Positions 10,763 to 20,327 of a DNA stretch of 64,000 nt are shown here, one piece after another. The DNA is from Patescibacteria group bacterium. Its GTDB lineage: Bacteria; Patescibacteriota; UBA1384; JBAYJO01. The notes under the pieces are model-generated. The model ran no database searches. It was not told the DNA's origin and saw only the letters and a program-made list of their open reading frames with translations. The position numbers and the translations under genes were made by a program. The DNA is taken from the NCBI GenBank assembly GCA_041665085.1, contig JBAYJO010000001.1, forward strand, positions 40,671-104,670, written 5' to 3'. Every line of letters starts with the position of its first letter. Position 1 is the first letter of the stretch.

Positions 10763-10835
10763 GATTCGAACGTCGTTTCCCTTGGCGCTGCCAAAAAAAT
10801 CACGAACTTTTGTTCGCGATTTTTTTGTAGTGCGG
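10763..10835 (+). repeat. Partial copy of the tRNA-Glu 3' end (att-like) plus a hairpin terminator
   Basis: CCCTTGGCGCTGCCA (10782-10796) repeats the tRNA 3' end at 9442-9456. Followed by ATCACGAAC-TTTT-GTTCGCGAT and a T7 run. Confidence 0.6.
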
Positions 10836-10946
10836 GGATGAGATTTTTGTATGGTGGACTATGCAAAACTTGATTATACGACCTATAGTGTGTTAATATT
10901 TTGGCAATTAGGATTAGCGAAAGTCCTGATCAAGGAGGAGGCAACG

Positions 10947-11453
10947 ATGATCACACGAATAATGCTGTCGGTCGTCATCGTTATACTGGCAGTGTGTTTC
11001 CTGCCAGTTCCAGTGAGGAGTCAGACTGTCTCCCTCTGGACTGAATCCAGTAGTGACTATACCACATACAATTGGGCGGTAGATTGGTATGGTTTGACTT
11101 TCTTCTCCGTACTGATACCGGAGAATGCTCACTTCGCAAGTTTGTATTGCCCGTGTGGGTGGGCATTCGATCTCTCTAGATATGGGAACATATGGGAAAG
11201 ATATTTGGAGTCCCCACCCTCTGATTATATGTGGGCGTATTATTGTCGGACTGCGCCCGGTACACCTCCCAGTGTATTGACATTCGCACTGACAACCAGT
11301 GCGTATTACGAGACCGGAATTGCCCTGTATGGTGTTGCAAATGGTTCTGGCACATCGTACGGCCCAACAATGGGGCCAATTGTGCCGGAACTGCCGTCTA
11401 TGATAGTGTTGATGCTAGGAGCTCTCGGTATTGTCGCTCGTAGGTGGCATTAG
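10947..11453 (+). CDS. Secreted protein with PEP-CTERM-like sorting signal, GC-rich
   Basis: RBS AAGGAGGAGG before ATG 10947. N-terminal signal peptide. C-terminus VPELPSMIVLMLGALGIVARRWH (PE-P motif, TM helix, basic tail). Confidence 0.5.
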   Translation: MITRIMLSVVIVILAVCFLPVPVRSQTVSLWTESSSDYTTYNWAVDWYGLTFFSVLIPENAHFASLYCPCGWAFDLSRYGNIWERYLESPPSDYMWAYYCRTAPGTPPSVLTFALTTSAYYETGIALYGVANGSGTSYGPTMGPIVPELPSMIVLMLGALGIVARRWH

Positions 11454-11667
11454 CCAGAGTTTGTCTTTTCTCGGCCTGGCCCTTACTCGGGGCTAGGCCA
11501 TATTTTATTTCATTTTACGCTTATTAATATTAAATTACGAATTATCAGGTTATTTGAGAACCATTCCTTGATTTTAATTAGATAATCTTCAAAAGTTAAT
11601 TCTAGTTGATTTTGGTTAATCAAATATTTATTATACTCTTAAATGATAAAGGATTAATTTTGTAGTT

Positions 11668-12660
11668 ATGAATCATACATTTAGGACGCTAAAATGGAAA
11701 CGCCATTCTACAGCAATAGCAAGAAAGCGTTTAAGACGACAGAGAAGAAAAAAAGGTCAGACACTTTTTAATTCTCCGAAGTATTTTAAGAAAATTTCTG
11801 CCCCTGCTTATTTTAGTATGATTAAAAATCCTGAAGGTATGGTTAGATTTTATCATGATTTTGAAAACGTTGTTAGCACAGGTGCGGGTGTTGATTTTGA
11901 TTTATCTCAAATAAAAGTGATGACGGTAGATGCTGTATTGTATACTCTTTATTTCTTTGATTATTTGAAATCTAAAAGAGTGTATTATTTTGTCAGAGGA
12001 AATGAGCCTAAGGATCAAGAATGCAAAAGGATTTTTCAAGAATCAGGGTTTTATAAATATGTTCAATCTTCTCAACTTAACAAAACGAGTTATAATATAT
12101 TTCCAATAGAATCAGGAACTTCTGTAGATCCTACCTTGGCTGAAAAAATAATTGATTTTACACGAGATAGATTACTTTATCCGAAATCGAAAAAAATAGA
12201 AGGTGTTTTTATAACTTTAGTTGAGTGTATGACAAATACTATTCAATGGGCTTATGAAAAAAATTATTCCCTTAATAAATGGTGGGTGGCAGCTTATTAT
12301 GACAAAAACCAAAACAAGATCTTTTATATTTTTTTAGACAACGGGCAAGGAATACCATCAACTGTGAGTAAAAGATTTCCAGAACGTGTCGCAGCGATAT
12401 TTAAAAAGATCACAAAGCAGCAACTCGATACAACTTTAATTAAATCTGCATTAAAAGGAGAATTTAGAACTCGAACTAAACAATCAAGTAGAGGAAAAGG
12501 ACTACCACAGATTTATAGTTTTGCTAAAGAGGGAAAGATATCTGATTTGCGAATAATGTCCAACAGAGGTTATATTGATACTGTGGATCCTAATAATTGT
12601 GAGGAGCTAAGCCGCAAATTCATAGGTACTCTGTTTAGTTGGAGTTACTCAACTAAATGA
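11668..12660 (+). CDS. GHKL-type (histidine kinase-like) ATPase protein without HisKA domain
   Basis: N-box-like VECMTNTIQWA, G1 box FLDNGQGIP, G2 box SRGKGLPQI. Basic N-terminal tail. Confidence 0.55.
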   Translation: MNHTFRTLKWKRHSTAIARKRLRRQRRKKGQTLFNSPKYFKKISAPAYFSMIKNPEGMVRFYHDFENVVSTGAGVDFDLSQIKVMTVDAVLYTLYFFDYLKSKRVYYFVRGNEPKDQECKRIFQESGFYKYVQSSQLNKTSYNIFPIESGTSVDPTLAEKIIDFTRDRLLYPKSKKIEGVFITLVECMTNTIQWAYEKNYSLNKWWVAAYYDKNQNKIFYIFLDNGQGIPSTVSKRFPERVAAIFKKITKQQLDTTLIKSALKGEFRTRTKQSSRGKGLPQIYSFAKEGKISDLRIMSNRGYIDTVDPNNCEELSRKFIGTLFSWSYSTK

Positions 12661-12689
12661 TCTATAATTTAAATTGATAAGGAGCCAAA

Positions 12690-12995
12690 ATGGATATATA
12701 TATAAAAAATTTTTCTACTGCCCTTGGCGGCAGATTTAAAAAAGAAGGTAATTTTTCGGGAGAAGAGTTTAGAGAAAAATATTTAGAACCTTTATTCAAT
12801 GGGAAAAAGACCGATCAGATCAATATCTATCTTGATGGTACCGAAGGATACCCAAGTTCTTTTTTAGAAGAAGCATTTGGCGGATTGGTTCGTTTATTAA
12901 ATGATAAGGAAATTGTAAAAAAACGATTGCGCTTGGTTACAAGTGATTCAATGTTGGAAAAAGAAATATTAAATTATATTGAAAATGCCCTATGA
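12690..12995 (+). CDS. Small STAS-like (DUF4325-like) protein
   Basis: 101 aa. The IYLDGTEGYPSSFLEEAFGGLV core matches my recollection of the DUF4325/STAS-like family that partners GHKL ATPases. Confidence 0.4.
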   Translation: MDIYIKNFSTALGGRFKKEGNFSGEEFREKYLEPLFNGKKTDQINIYLDGTEGYPSSFLEEAFGGLVRLLNDKEIVKKRLRLVTSDSMLEKEILNYIENAL

Positions 12996-13567
12996 AAATT
13001 TGGTTTAAAGAAAAGTATATTTTCATTACTCTGTTTATCCCCCTTTTGGTGGGAATAATAATTGTGTATTTAAAATGGGCAGATATTAGAGATGATTTTT
13101 TTAAAATTAATTTCGCTGATGTGTTCCAAGTCATTGCCACATGGATTATTGCTTTATTTGTAACCTCATATGTCGGTGAAAAAACAGGTAACAGCAATAA
13201 GAGGAAAGAAATTATTTTAAAAATCTTGGATGAATTTAGAGATAGGATATCCGAGATGTTTAATCTATCCACTACTTATATGGAAAATTCTGACAAAAGT
13301 CTCGAGAAATCAATCTTAGCCTGCAGTGAAAAAGCTAATTATCAGCTTAATAGTCTTATAGAATTAAAAAAGAATGGGATTTTAAATTGTTTAAATTTTG
13401 GCGATGATCTTGAAAATTGTTGTTTAAAGTTTAAAATTGCCGTTACTGAATCACCTTTTCGTACTAATAATGTTGTATATGATGAAACAAAAAAGAATAA
13501 AGTCTATACTAGTTTTTATGAGTTAATAAAAAAAATTGATACTATTAGGTATAGACTTTATAAGTAA
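12992..13567 (+). CDS. Membrane protein (two N-terminal TM helices plus cytoplasmic domain)
   Basis: Start overlaps the previous stop (ATGA), so translationally coupled. No known motif. Confidence 0.5.
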   Translation: MKIWFKEKYIFITLFIPLLVGIIIVYLKWADIRDDFFKINFADVFQVIATWIIALFVTSYVGEKTGNSNKRKEIILKILDEFRDRISEMFNLSTTYMENSDKSLEKSILACSEKANYQLNSLIELKKNGILNCLNFGDDLENCCLKFKIAVTESPFRTNNVVYDETKKNKVYTSFYELIKKIDTIRYRLYK

Positions 13568-13598
13568 ATTTATTTACACATACCCAGAAAGAAACAAT

Positions 13599-13763
13599 AT
13601 GGCCAACACAAAAGGAAAAGTTACATTTAGAGCTAATAAAACCATTACCAAACCAGTAAAGGTTGAATTTACAAATCGTAGGGGAGAAAGAGTGTCTTTT
13701 ACAACACATGAGAAAGTGATTAAGCCTGTAAAAGTTGAATTTTATGTTAGAAGAAAAAAATAA
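13599..13763 (+). CDS. Small basic protein with internal KPVKVEF repeat, putative antitoxin partner of the PIN protein
   Basis: ATG at 13599. Motif TKPVKVEF...IKPVKVEF duplicated. Overlaps the PIN gene start. Confidence 0.35.
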   Translation: MANTKGKVTFRANKTITKPVKVEFTNRRGERVSFTTHEKVIKPVKVEFYVRRKK

Positions 13764-14388
13764 AGTTTTTTATATCGATACTAATATAGCTTTGGATTGT
13801 GCTACTAATAGAAATATACATACTATTCTTTTAATTGAGAGGATTAAAGAGCAGAATTGGAAATGTGTTAGCTCAGCTTTTCTCGCCATGGAAATGGCTG
13901 ATTATAAAAAAGATAGTCTTTTTATTACAGATAGAATTATAAATAAAAAATGGGAAACAAGAAAAGTGCTAAGGGAAGTATATAAAAAAACCTTGCGAGA
14001 GAGCGATTATGAAGAATTATCAGAGTGGCTAAAAGAATTTAATCAAAGATACAAAATTGAGATGTATGACTTTTTAAGTGAGGCTAAAGGTTGGGATTTG
14101 GCACAACAAATTAGTAATAAATATTCAATTACTGCTGCAGACTCTATTCATTTAGCATCGGCTGTGTTAGGATCATTGAGCCAAGGGATTGAAATTTTTA
14201 TAACAGAAGATAAAGATTTAAAACAAATAACTTATCAGATAGTAAAGGATTTAAAAGTTGAAAATCCAGAGCTAAGTCTTCAACCTATGAATGTTGAAGA
14301 AGTGAAGAAAAGTTATTTCCAACCATTATCTATTCAAGTTGATAAAAAAGTGGACGTAGCAGAAAGGACAGTGTCTGAAAGATGGTGA
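13735..14388 (+). CDS. PIN-domain (VapC-like) nuclease
   Basis: Acidic residues in FYIDTNIALD, AADSIHLASAV and FITEDKDL match the PIN catalytic motifs. Confidence 0.7.
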   Translation: MNFMLEEKNKVFYIDTNIALDCATNRNIHTILLIERIKEQNWKCVSSAFLAMEMADYKKDSLFITDRIINKKWETRKVLREVYKKTLRESDYEELSEWLKEFNQRYKIEMYDFLSEAKGWDLAQQISNKYSITAADSIHLASAVLGSLSQGIEIFITEDKDLKQITYQIVKDLKVENPELSLQPMNVEEVKKSYFQPLSIQVDKKVDVAERTVSERW

Positions 14389-14500
14389 TTAAATATAGTT
14401 CTACTAAAGGATGGTAGTATTCAAGCTAAGTCCCAACTCTAGAAAATTCAGCTTCAGAGAAGATACTCCGGAGTTGTTTTAATTCATTGATCAGTTGATT

Positions 14501-14560
14501 CCAAAAAAAATTTGGCTGTCTGTCAAAAAAATCACAAACTTTTGTTCGTGATTTTTTTTG
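14501..14560 (+). repeat. Second copy of the att-like tRNA-fragment plus hairpin repeat
   Basis: TTGGCTGTCTGTCAAAAAAATCACAAACTTTTGTTCGTGATTTTTTTTG is near-identical to 10783-10835. Confidence 0.6.
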
Positions 14561-14656
14561 TGTTATAGCATTTATTTGCTATAGTTTATTTGTATTACAG
14601 GTGGAAGGTTGGAAGTTTCTGGATTTTTTTAATTAATAGTTTCAGGAGGTGTCAAA

Positions 14657-15442
14657 ATGAGAGAATTAGTGGTTGCTGTTAACAATGAAAATATAAATTT
14701 GAAACCCTTTGAAACTATAAAGGTGATAAAAGAAGCTGGATTTCAGAATGTATTTATCTATTGGCTTAACAAAAAATGGGAATGTTCTCAAGAAAAGCAG
14801 CTGAAGTATATAAGAGATTTAGGATTAAATGTAATTTTTGCTCATCTTGGTTATCAAGAAATAAATTCATTGTGGGAAACGGGAGAAAAAGGTCAATTAT
14901 TGGCTGAAAGATATAAAAATGATTTAGAAGTTTGCAAGAAGAATGATATCTCAATGGTTGTAATGCACTTGACTAGTAAAACCATAGCTCCGAAATACGG
15001 TGAAATTGGATTAAATCGAATAAGAGAGATTGTAAATTATGCAAAAGAACTTGATATTAAAGTTGCTTTTGAAAATAATAAAATTAAAGGGTATTTAGAT
15101 TATGTTTTGTCAAATATAGATCAAGACAATGTTGGCGCTTGCTTTGACTCGGGGCATTGCCATGCACATTTTGATGATGATTTTAATTTTGAATTGTTTA
15201 AAAATCGTATTTTTGCCCTACATTTGCATGATAATGATAAAACAGGAGATTTACATTTACTACCATTTGACGGAACTGTCGATTGGAATTGGTTAATAAA
15301 AAAATTGAAATATTGTAATTACAATGGTCCGGTAACATTAGAACCGCGTTATAGTGATTATTATTTAAATATGTCTCCATTAGAGTTTTATAAAAAAGGT
15401 TTTGAAATCGCAAAAGAAATATCTGATAGGTTTGCGAAGTAA
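14657..15442 (+). CDS. Sugar phosphate isomerase/epimerase (xylose isomerase-like TIM barrel)
   Basis: HLHDNDKTGDLHLLPFDGTVDW metal-binding region. Confidence 0.65.
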   Translation: MRELVVAVNNENINLKPFETIKVIKEAGFQNVFIYWLNKKWECSQEKQLKYIRDLGLNVIFAHLGYQEINSLWETGEKGQLLAERYKNDLEVCKKNDISMVVMHLTSKTIAPKYGEIGLNRIREIVNYAKELDIKVAFENNKIKGYLDYVLSNIDQDNVGACFDSGHCHAHFDDDFNFELFKNRIFALHLHDNDKTGDLHLLPFDGTVDWNWLIKKLKYCNYNGPVTLEPRYSDYYLNMSPLEFYKKGFEIAKEISDRFAK

Positions 15443-15464
15443 ATAGATAAGTTAGGGATGAAAC

Positions 15465-15963
15465 TTATTTGTATCTGATTCTATATCCTAAAATTCCAAG
15501 AGAAGTAGCAACATTTAATGATTTGCCTTTGCCAAGCATTGGTATTTCAACTACTAAATCTGATTGATCGATAATTTCTTGATCAAGTCCTTCTCGTTCG
15601 TGTCCAATAACTATTGCCAGAGGAAATTTATAATTCGCTTCAATATAATTTAAGCTTTTTGTTGTTTGCTCCAGAGCGATAATCGATACATCTTGGGTTT
15701 TGAGTTTTTTGATTAATTCTAGGGCTGATTCTTGGCATTCCCACGCAACATTTGCATAACCTTCAAGAGCGGTTTTTTTAATTATTTTGTCAGCGCGATC
15801 TGATACTTCGAATCTTCTTGGGTCGTCGGGTAATTTTGGATAACCGGTTAATCCGCAAAGATAAAGTTTTTTAACTCCGAGAGCGTCGCAAGTTCTAAAA
15901 ATTGTGCCGACATTTATAAGAGACCTGATGTTGTTGCAAATTACATAAATTTCTTGGTTCATT
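15465..15963 (-). CDS. SpoU/TrmH family RNA 2'-O-methyltransferase
   Basis: NIGTIFRTCDALG, GHEREGL, SLNVATS. Real start is MNQEIYV at 15963, abutting the stop of the upstream gene. Confidence 0.75.
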
Positions 15964-16569
15964 TTAAAGTGGAATATCGAGATCAGCTGTTGGATTAGAA
16001 TTAGTACTTGGAATTGTAGATGTGGAAGATGCAGGAATAATTGATTCTGCTGGCGAGAAAGGTGAGAGCGGTGCCGGTTCAATTGATGGTGCGGGTGCTG
16101 GTTTGGCGACCGGTTGCTCTGATAATTGCGGAGTGGTTTCTTTTATATCGGTTTGTAGAGTATTGGTTGCATCAGAAGGTTGTTGTTGTGTGGGTGGTGC
16201 AGCAAATGTTTCTGTGGACTTAATTTCAGGCGTTTTAGGAGCATAAGAAGTCTGTGAGGAATTATTATTTATTGGATTTGAAGGTGTATTGTTTTCTGAT
16301 GTGCTAGGTGTTGTATTTGTAGTTTGAGGCTTTGCTGACTCTATGTTCATTGGTTTTTTGACAGGGATTCTTTCTTTACCTGTGATTTTTTTCAAATAAT
16401 TAATGTTAATTAAAGCTGCGGCAGGTTGGGATTCATTATCCAAAAAAACATACAGGTTTTCCGGATGCGCTGAATTTTGGACATCGGTTATTATTTTTTC
16501 AGTATTGTTTTTTAGTTCGCTAACAGGCATTATTTTATCAATTTCGACTTCAGGCATTTGTTCCTCCAA
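15964..16569 (-). CDS. Protein with Phd/YefM-like N-terminal domain fused to a long Pro/Thr/Ser/Gln-rich low-complexity tail
   Basis: N-terminus IMPVSELKNNTEKIITDVQNS...LYVFLDNESQPAAALININ resembles the Phd/YefM fold. The rest is PTS-rich. Confidence 0.4.
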   Translation of the reverse strand: MEEQMPEVEIDKIMPVSELKNNTEKIITDVQNSAHPENLYVFLDNESQPAAALININYLKKITGKERIPVKKPMNIESAKPQTTNTTPSTSENNTPSNPINNNSSQTSYAPKTPEIKSTETFAAPPTQQQPSDATNTLQTDIKETTPQLSEQPVAKPAPAPSIEPAPLSPFSPAESIIPASSTSTIPSTNSNPTADLDIPL

Positions 16570-16939
16570 GTTCTTTAGCTAATATTTGTGCAATTTTATC
16601 CGGTTCATTGTAGGCTTTAACATAATATTCTTTAGCGCCCATTTTCATTGCTTTTTCTTTGGCTGATTCTTCAGGTAAATTGGTTAAACAATAAATTGGG
16701 ATTTTATTTCCATTTGAGTCTTTTTTGATTTGATCTAAAATATCAAGGCCATTGGTGTGAGGCAATAATATATCTAGGAGAATTGCATCAGGTTGAAATT
16801 TTGGAATTAGTTCCACCCCTTGTTCTCCGCTTTGAGTAATTTCAACTTCAAAGCCTGATTTTATCAATGCATCTTTATACATTGTTAAGATATCAATTTC
16901 ATCATCTATGATTAAGATTTTTTTCTTTTGAGTTATCAT
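16550..16939 (-). CDS. Single-domain response regulator (REC only)
   Basis: ILIIDDE, DAILLDILLP, K103 region. Immediately downstream of the histidine kinase. Confidence 0.85.
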   Translation of the reverse strand: MITQKKKILIIDDEIDILTMYKDALIKSGFEVEITQSGEQGVELIPKFQPDAILLDILLPHTNGLDILDQIKKDSNGNKIPIYCLTNLPEESAKEKAMKMGAKEYYVKAYNEPDKIAQILAKELGGTNA

Positions 16940-16953
16940 AGGCTAATTATACA

Positions 16954-18225
16954 TCATTGCTTTGCAATAGGAAGCGACAAATAAAATGTGGTTCCTTTAC
17001 CTTCTTTTGATTCAAACCAAATTTTACCGTTTTGTTTATTTACAAGCGCTTTTACGATAAAAAGTCCAAGTCCGTTTCCTTTATTTCTGTTGTTTGAGCC
17101 ATGAAAAAACTCTTTAAATACATTTTGTTGTTCGTTTTGAGGAATGCCTTGTCCAAAATCTTTTACAGATATGATTAAATCATTTGAGAATTCATTTTTG
17201 CCTTGTTCTGCATTTATTACAACTTTTTTTCCTTTGGAATATCTGATTGCGTTATCGAGTAAATTATAAAGTGATTCGGTTATTTTTACAGGATCGATAA
17301 AAACTTTTGGTAATTTTTGTGGGATAAATTGTATTGGAATTTTTTTGTATTCGGACTCAAGACTGATATGCTCTATTGCAAGTTTTATTACCTCATTAAT
17401 ATCGGCAGGTTCAAGTGATATTATTATTTTTTTTGATTCTATATGAGTAATGTTTAAAAGATTGCTTACAATATCAACCATATTTGTGGTTGATATATGA
17501 ATTGAGTTTAGATATTTTTCCTGATCTTTGTTTAATTTGCCTAAATGACCGGACAAAAGGTTTGAGCAATAGCCTCGGATTATTGAAAGCGGGGTAAATA
17601 ACTGGTGCGAGGTCATGGAAATAAATTCTTTTTCTCTGGTTTCGATTGATTTCATTGCTTCATCTGCTTTTTGGAGTTTTGTTTCTGCCAGTTCGCGTAG
17701 TTCTTTTTCATGCCTTAAATTCATGGCAAGAGTTCGGCAAAACAAAGTAATAAAGAGTAGAAAAATTATTTGAAGGGGACCGGTGAAAAATAAGTTTTCG
17801 CCGGAGTAGCTATAGACACTGTTATTAATTAAAAATTCTGCGCCAAGCATCAGAGAAACAAAGGCGGCCATGAGCAGGCTATTTATTAGATTTAGAGTCA
17901 TTGCAACTGAAGCAACCGGGATAAAATATAGGACATAAAAATATTGACCATAATCTTTAATCAGATGAATTAATATTCCAATAAAAATTACATCAATGAT
18001 ACTTTTGAGCCAGATTCTTTTGGTTTTGTTGAGCCAGTTGAACAGGACAAGGTAATAGAGAAGGGCAAAAGAGATTATTGCGCCTATAAAATAAAAAATT
18101 TCATCGTTGTTGATTAAGTTTTGAGGTAGAAATTTAACAAAAATCAAAGCAATAATTACGATTGCCCATGTGATTCCTTCGTAGATTTTCTCTAAATGGT
18201 GTGATTTTTGAAGTGCGATCGGCAT
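16954..18225 (-). CDS. Sensor histidine kinase with polytopic membrane N-terminus
   Basis: H-box FISMTSHQLFTPLS, N-box LLDNAIRYS, G1 VKDFGQGIP, G2 GNGLGLFIV. Confidence 0.85.
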   Translation of the reverse strand: MPIALQKSHHLEKIYEGITWAIVIIALIFVKFLPQNLINNDEIFYFIGAIISFALLYYLVLFNWLNKTKRIWLKSIIDVIFIGILIHLIKDYGQYFYVLYFIPVASVAMTLNLINSLLMAAFVSLMLGAEFLINNSVYSYSGENLFFTGPLQIIFLLFITLFCRTLAMNLRHEKELRELAETKLQKADEAMKSIETREKEFISMTSHQLFTPLSIIRGYCSNLLSGHLGKLNKDQEKYLNSIHISTTNMVDIVSNLLNITHIESKKIIISLEPADINEVIKLAIEHISLESEYKKIPIQFIPQKLPKVFIDPVKITESLYNLLDNAIRYSKGKKVVINAEQGKNEFSNDLIISVKDFGQGIPQNEQQNVFKEFFHGSNNRNKGNGLGLFIVKALVNKQNGKIWFESKEGKGTTFYLSLPIAKQ

Positions 18226-18328
18226 TTCCCTCCGTTCCGTTTGCCTTTGGTAGGCAGAAACCCCGCCTTAGCTCGCACTGAAAGTAGAGAATGCAATTCC
18301 TTTTTCAGTAAGAGCGTAGGTTGGGTAC

Positions 18329-19621
18329 CTAATTTTTTATTGATTGAACGATTTTTTCAATATCAAGTGTAATTTCTTTTTGCTCGCCCGAATCCATATC
18401 TTTGATTTTTACAATATTTTTTTCAAGTTCGGGCTTTTCAAATATGATGACGGTAGAGATCTTTTTTTTGTCGGCATATTTTATTTTTTTACCTAGATCA
18501 GATTCGTTTAGATATATTTCAGTTGTGATTTCATTTTTTCTTAATTCTTCAATAATTGGAAAAGACTTTTCTTGAGTTTCAGCATCAAATATAAATAATA
18601 TTTTTGATTTTTTATCTTGCAATGGAATGTTTAATGCCTTTAGGGCTTCAATAATTCTATCGATTCCAAATGAAAATCCGACACATTCAAAATCTTCATT
18701 GCTAAACATGTTGGTCAATTGATCGTATCTTCCGCCGCCGATTACAGATCCAAATTCTCGAGCTTGATTTAGCTTGAATTCAAAAATAAATCCAGTGTAA
18801 TAATCAAGTCCGCGAGCTAGAGCTGGATCAATTTTAATATTTTCTTCGGTAATACCATAATCTTTTAAAATTTGAAGAAGGTTTTCAAGTTTTTCGAATT
18901 CATTTGGGTCTATTTCTTTAAGCTCGATTTTAGCTTCATCATTGTTTGTTGTATTTAATAATTTCTTGATTTGATCTATGGTGTCATTTGAAAGTTCTAA
19001 TTTGGAAAGCTCTTGAATTACATCATCAGCACCGATTTTGTCGAGTTTATCAATTATCTGTAGAATACGATTTTGATCTTCTAATTTGATATTGTTTTTG
19101 GAAAAAAATGACATAAAAAATTTTCTTGAATTTAGAAAAATTGTGAAATCATCGATACCGAGTTCTTTTAAAACTTTAAAACCAAGATAAATAATTTCTG
19201 CTTCTGACTGAACAGAACTTGTGCCGACAATATCAGCGTCAAATTGGCAGAATTCTCTAAATCTGCCTTTTTGAGGTTTTTCAGCACGCCAAACTTGTCC
19301 GATTTGATATCTTTTGAAAGGTAGTGCAAGCTCGCGATAGTTCATAGCAATATATCTTGCTAGCGGAACGGTTAGATCGTATCTTAAAGCAATTTCTCGC
19401 TCGCCTAAATCTTTGAATTTATAGATTAATTTTTCGCCTTCAGAGCCGTATTTTCCAAGTAAAATGTCAGAATATTCCAGTGCTGGAGTTTCAAGTGGAG
19501 AAAAGCCAAAAAGACGGCATATTTTTTCTATCCTACGAGTTAAATTTATTTTGTCTTCAGCCTGTTCAGTTGGAAGGTCGCGAAATCCTTGCAGGATCCG
19601 CGGTTCAATTTTTTTGTCCAT
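18329..19621 (-). CDS. hisS: Histidine--tRNA ligase
   Basis: Class II motifs including RGLDYYTGFIFE and GGGRYD. Confidence 0.9.
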   Translation of the reverse strand: MDKKIEPRILQGFRDLPTEQAEDKINLTRRIEKICRLFGFSPLETPALEYSDILLGKYGSEGEKLIYKFKDLGEREIALRYDLTVPLARYIAMNYRELALPFKRYQIGQVWRAEKPQKGRFREFCQFDADIVGTSSVQSEAEIIYLGFKVLKELGIDDFTIFLNSRKFFMSFFSKNNIKLEDQNRILQIIDKLDKIGADDVIQELSKLELSNDTIDQIKKLLNTTNNDEAKIELKEIDPNEFEKLENLLQILKDYGITEENIKIDPALARGLDYYTGFIFEFKLNQAREFGSVIGGGRYDQLTNMFSNEDFECVGFSFGIDRIIEALKALNIPLQDKKSKILFIFDAETQEKSFPIIEELRKNEITTEIYLNESDLGKKIKYADKKKISTVIIFEKPELEKNIVKIKDMDSGEQKEITLDIEKIVQSIKN

Positions 19622-19834
19622 GGATCTATTCTAGCAAATTCTGATGTTTTATCAACTCGATTTGACAAATGTTTTAAAATCTTTAATACTTTACATGTTG
19701 GATGTTAAAATAATAATTAAATTTAGTTATAATTTAACTTTGTCCAGCCTCCATCTTTACTGAAAAAAAGATTGTTTTCAGTGCAGATTACGGCGGACTT
19801 CCTGTCCACTCAAGGTGGACGGAGTGGAGGTAAT

Positions 19835-20212
19835 ATGGCGGGGAAAGCAAAAATATTAGTAGCTGATGACGATGTTGTTTTAAGAGATATGTACAAGGCA
19901 AGACTTGAAGATTCCGGATATGAAATTATTACAGCGTCCAATGGCGAAGAAGCAATGGCGCGAGCAACAGATTCAAGTCCTGATTTGATTTTGCTTGATG
20001 TGATGATGCCGAAGGTTAATGGTTTTGATTGTTTGGATATGTTAAAAAGTACTGCCGAAACTAAGAAAATTCCAGTTGTGATTTTAACTGCTTTGGTTCA
20101 GGATTCTGATCGTGAAAGAGGGGTAAAAGGCGGAGCTGATGATTATATTGTGAAATCAGAGACAATGCCCGGTGAAATTATTGAAAAAATTGAAAAATTA
20201 GTCAAAAAGTAA
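19835..20212 (+). CDS. Single-domain response regulator (REC only)
   Basis: RBS GGAGTGGAGG then ATG 19835. ILVADDD, LILLDVMMP, DDYIVKS. Confidence 0.85.
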   Translation: MAGKAKILVADDDVVLRDMYKARLEDSGYEIITASNGEEAMARATDSSPDLILLDVMMPKVNGFDCLDMLKSTAETKKIPVVILTALVQDSDRERGVKGGADDYIVKSETMPGEIIEKIEKLVKK

Positions 20213-20327
20213 TTTTTATAACTTAGGTTTGTCATTTAGACCGAGCTAGCAAGCGAGCGGAGGAATATTGCATTATAAATTAGATCTCTCGACAAGCTCG
20301 AGATGACAGTTTTATTTTTTAAAAGGA

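Noticed and set aside
16022-16246. Plus-strand ORFs inside the PTS-rich gene
   Set aside because: They are antisense artefacts of the low-complexity GC-richer region.
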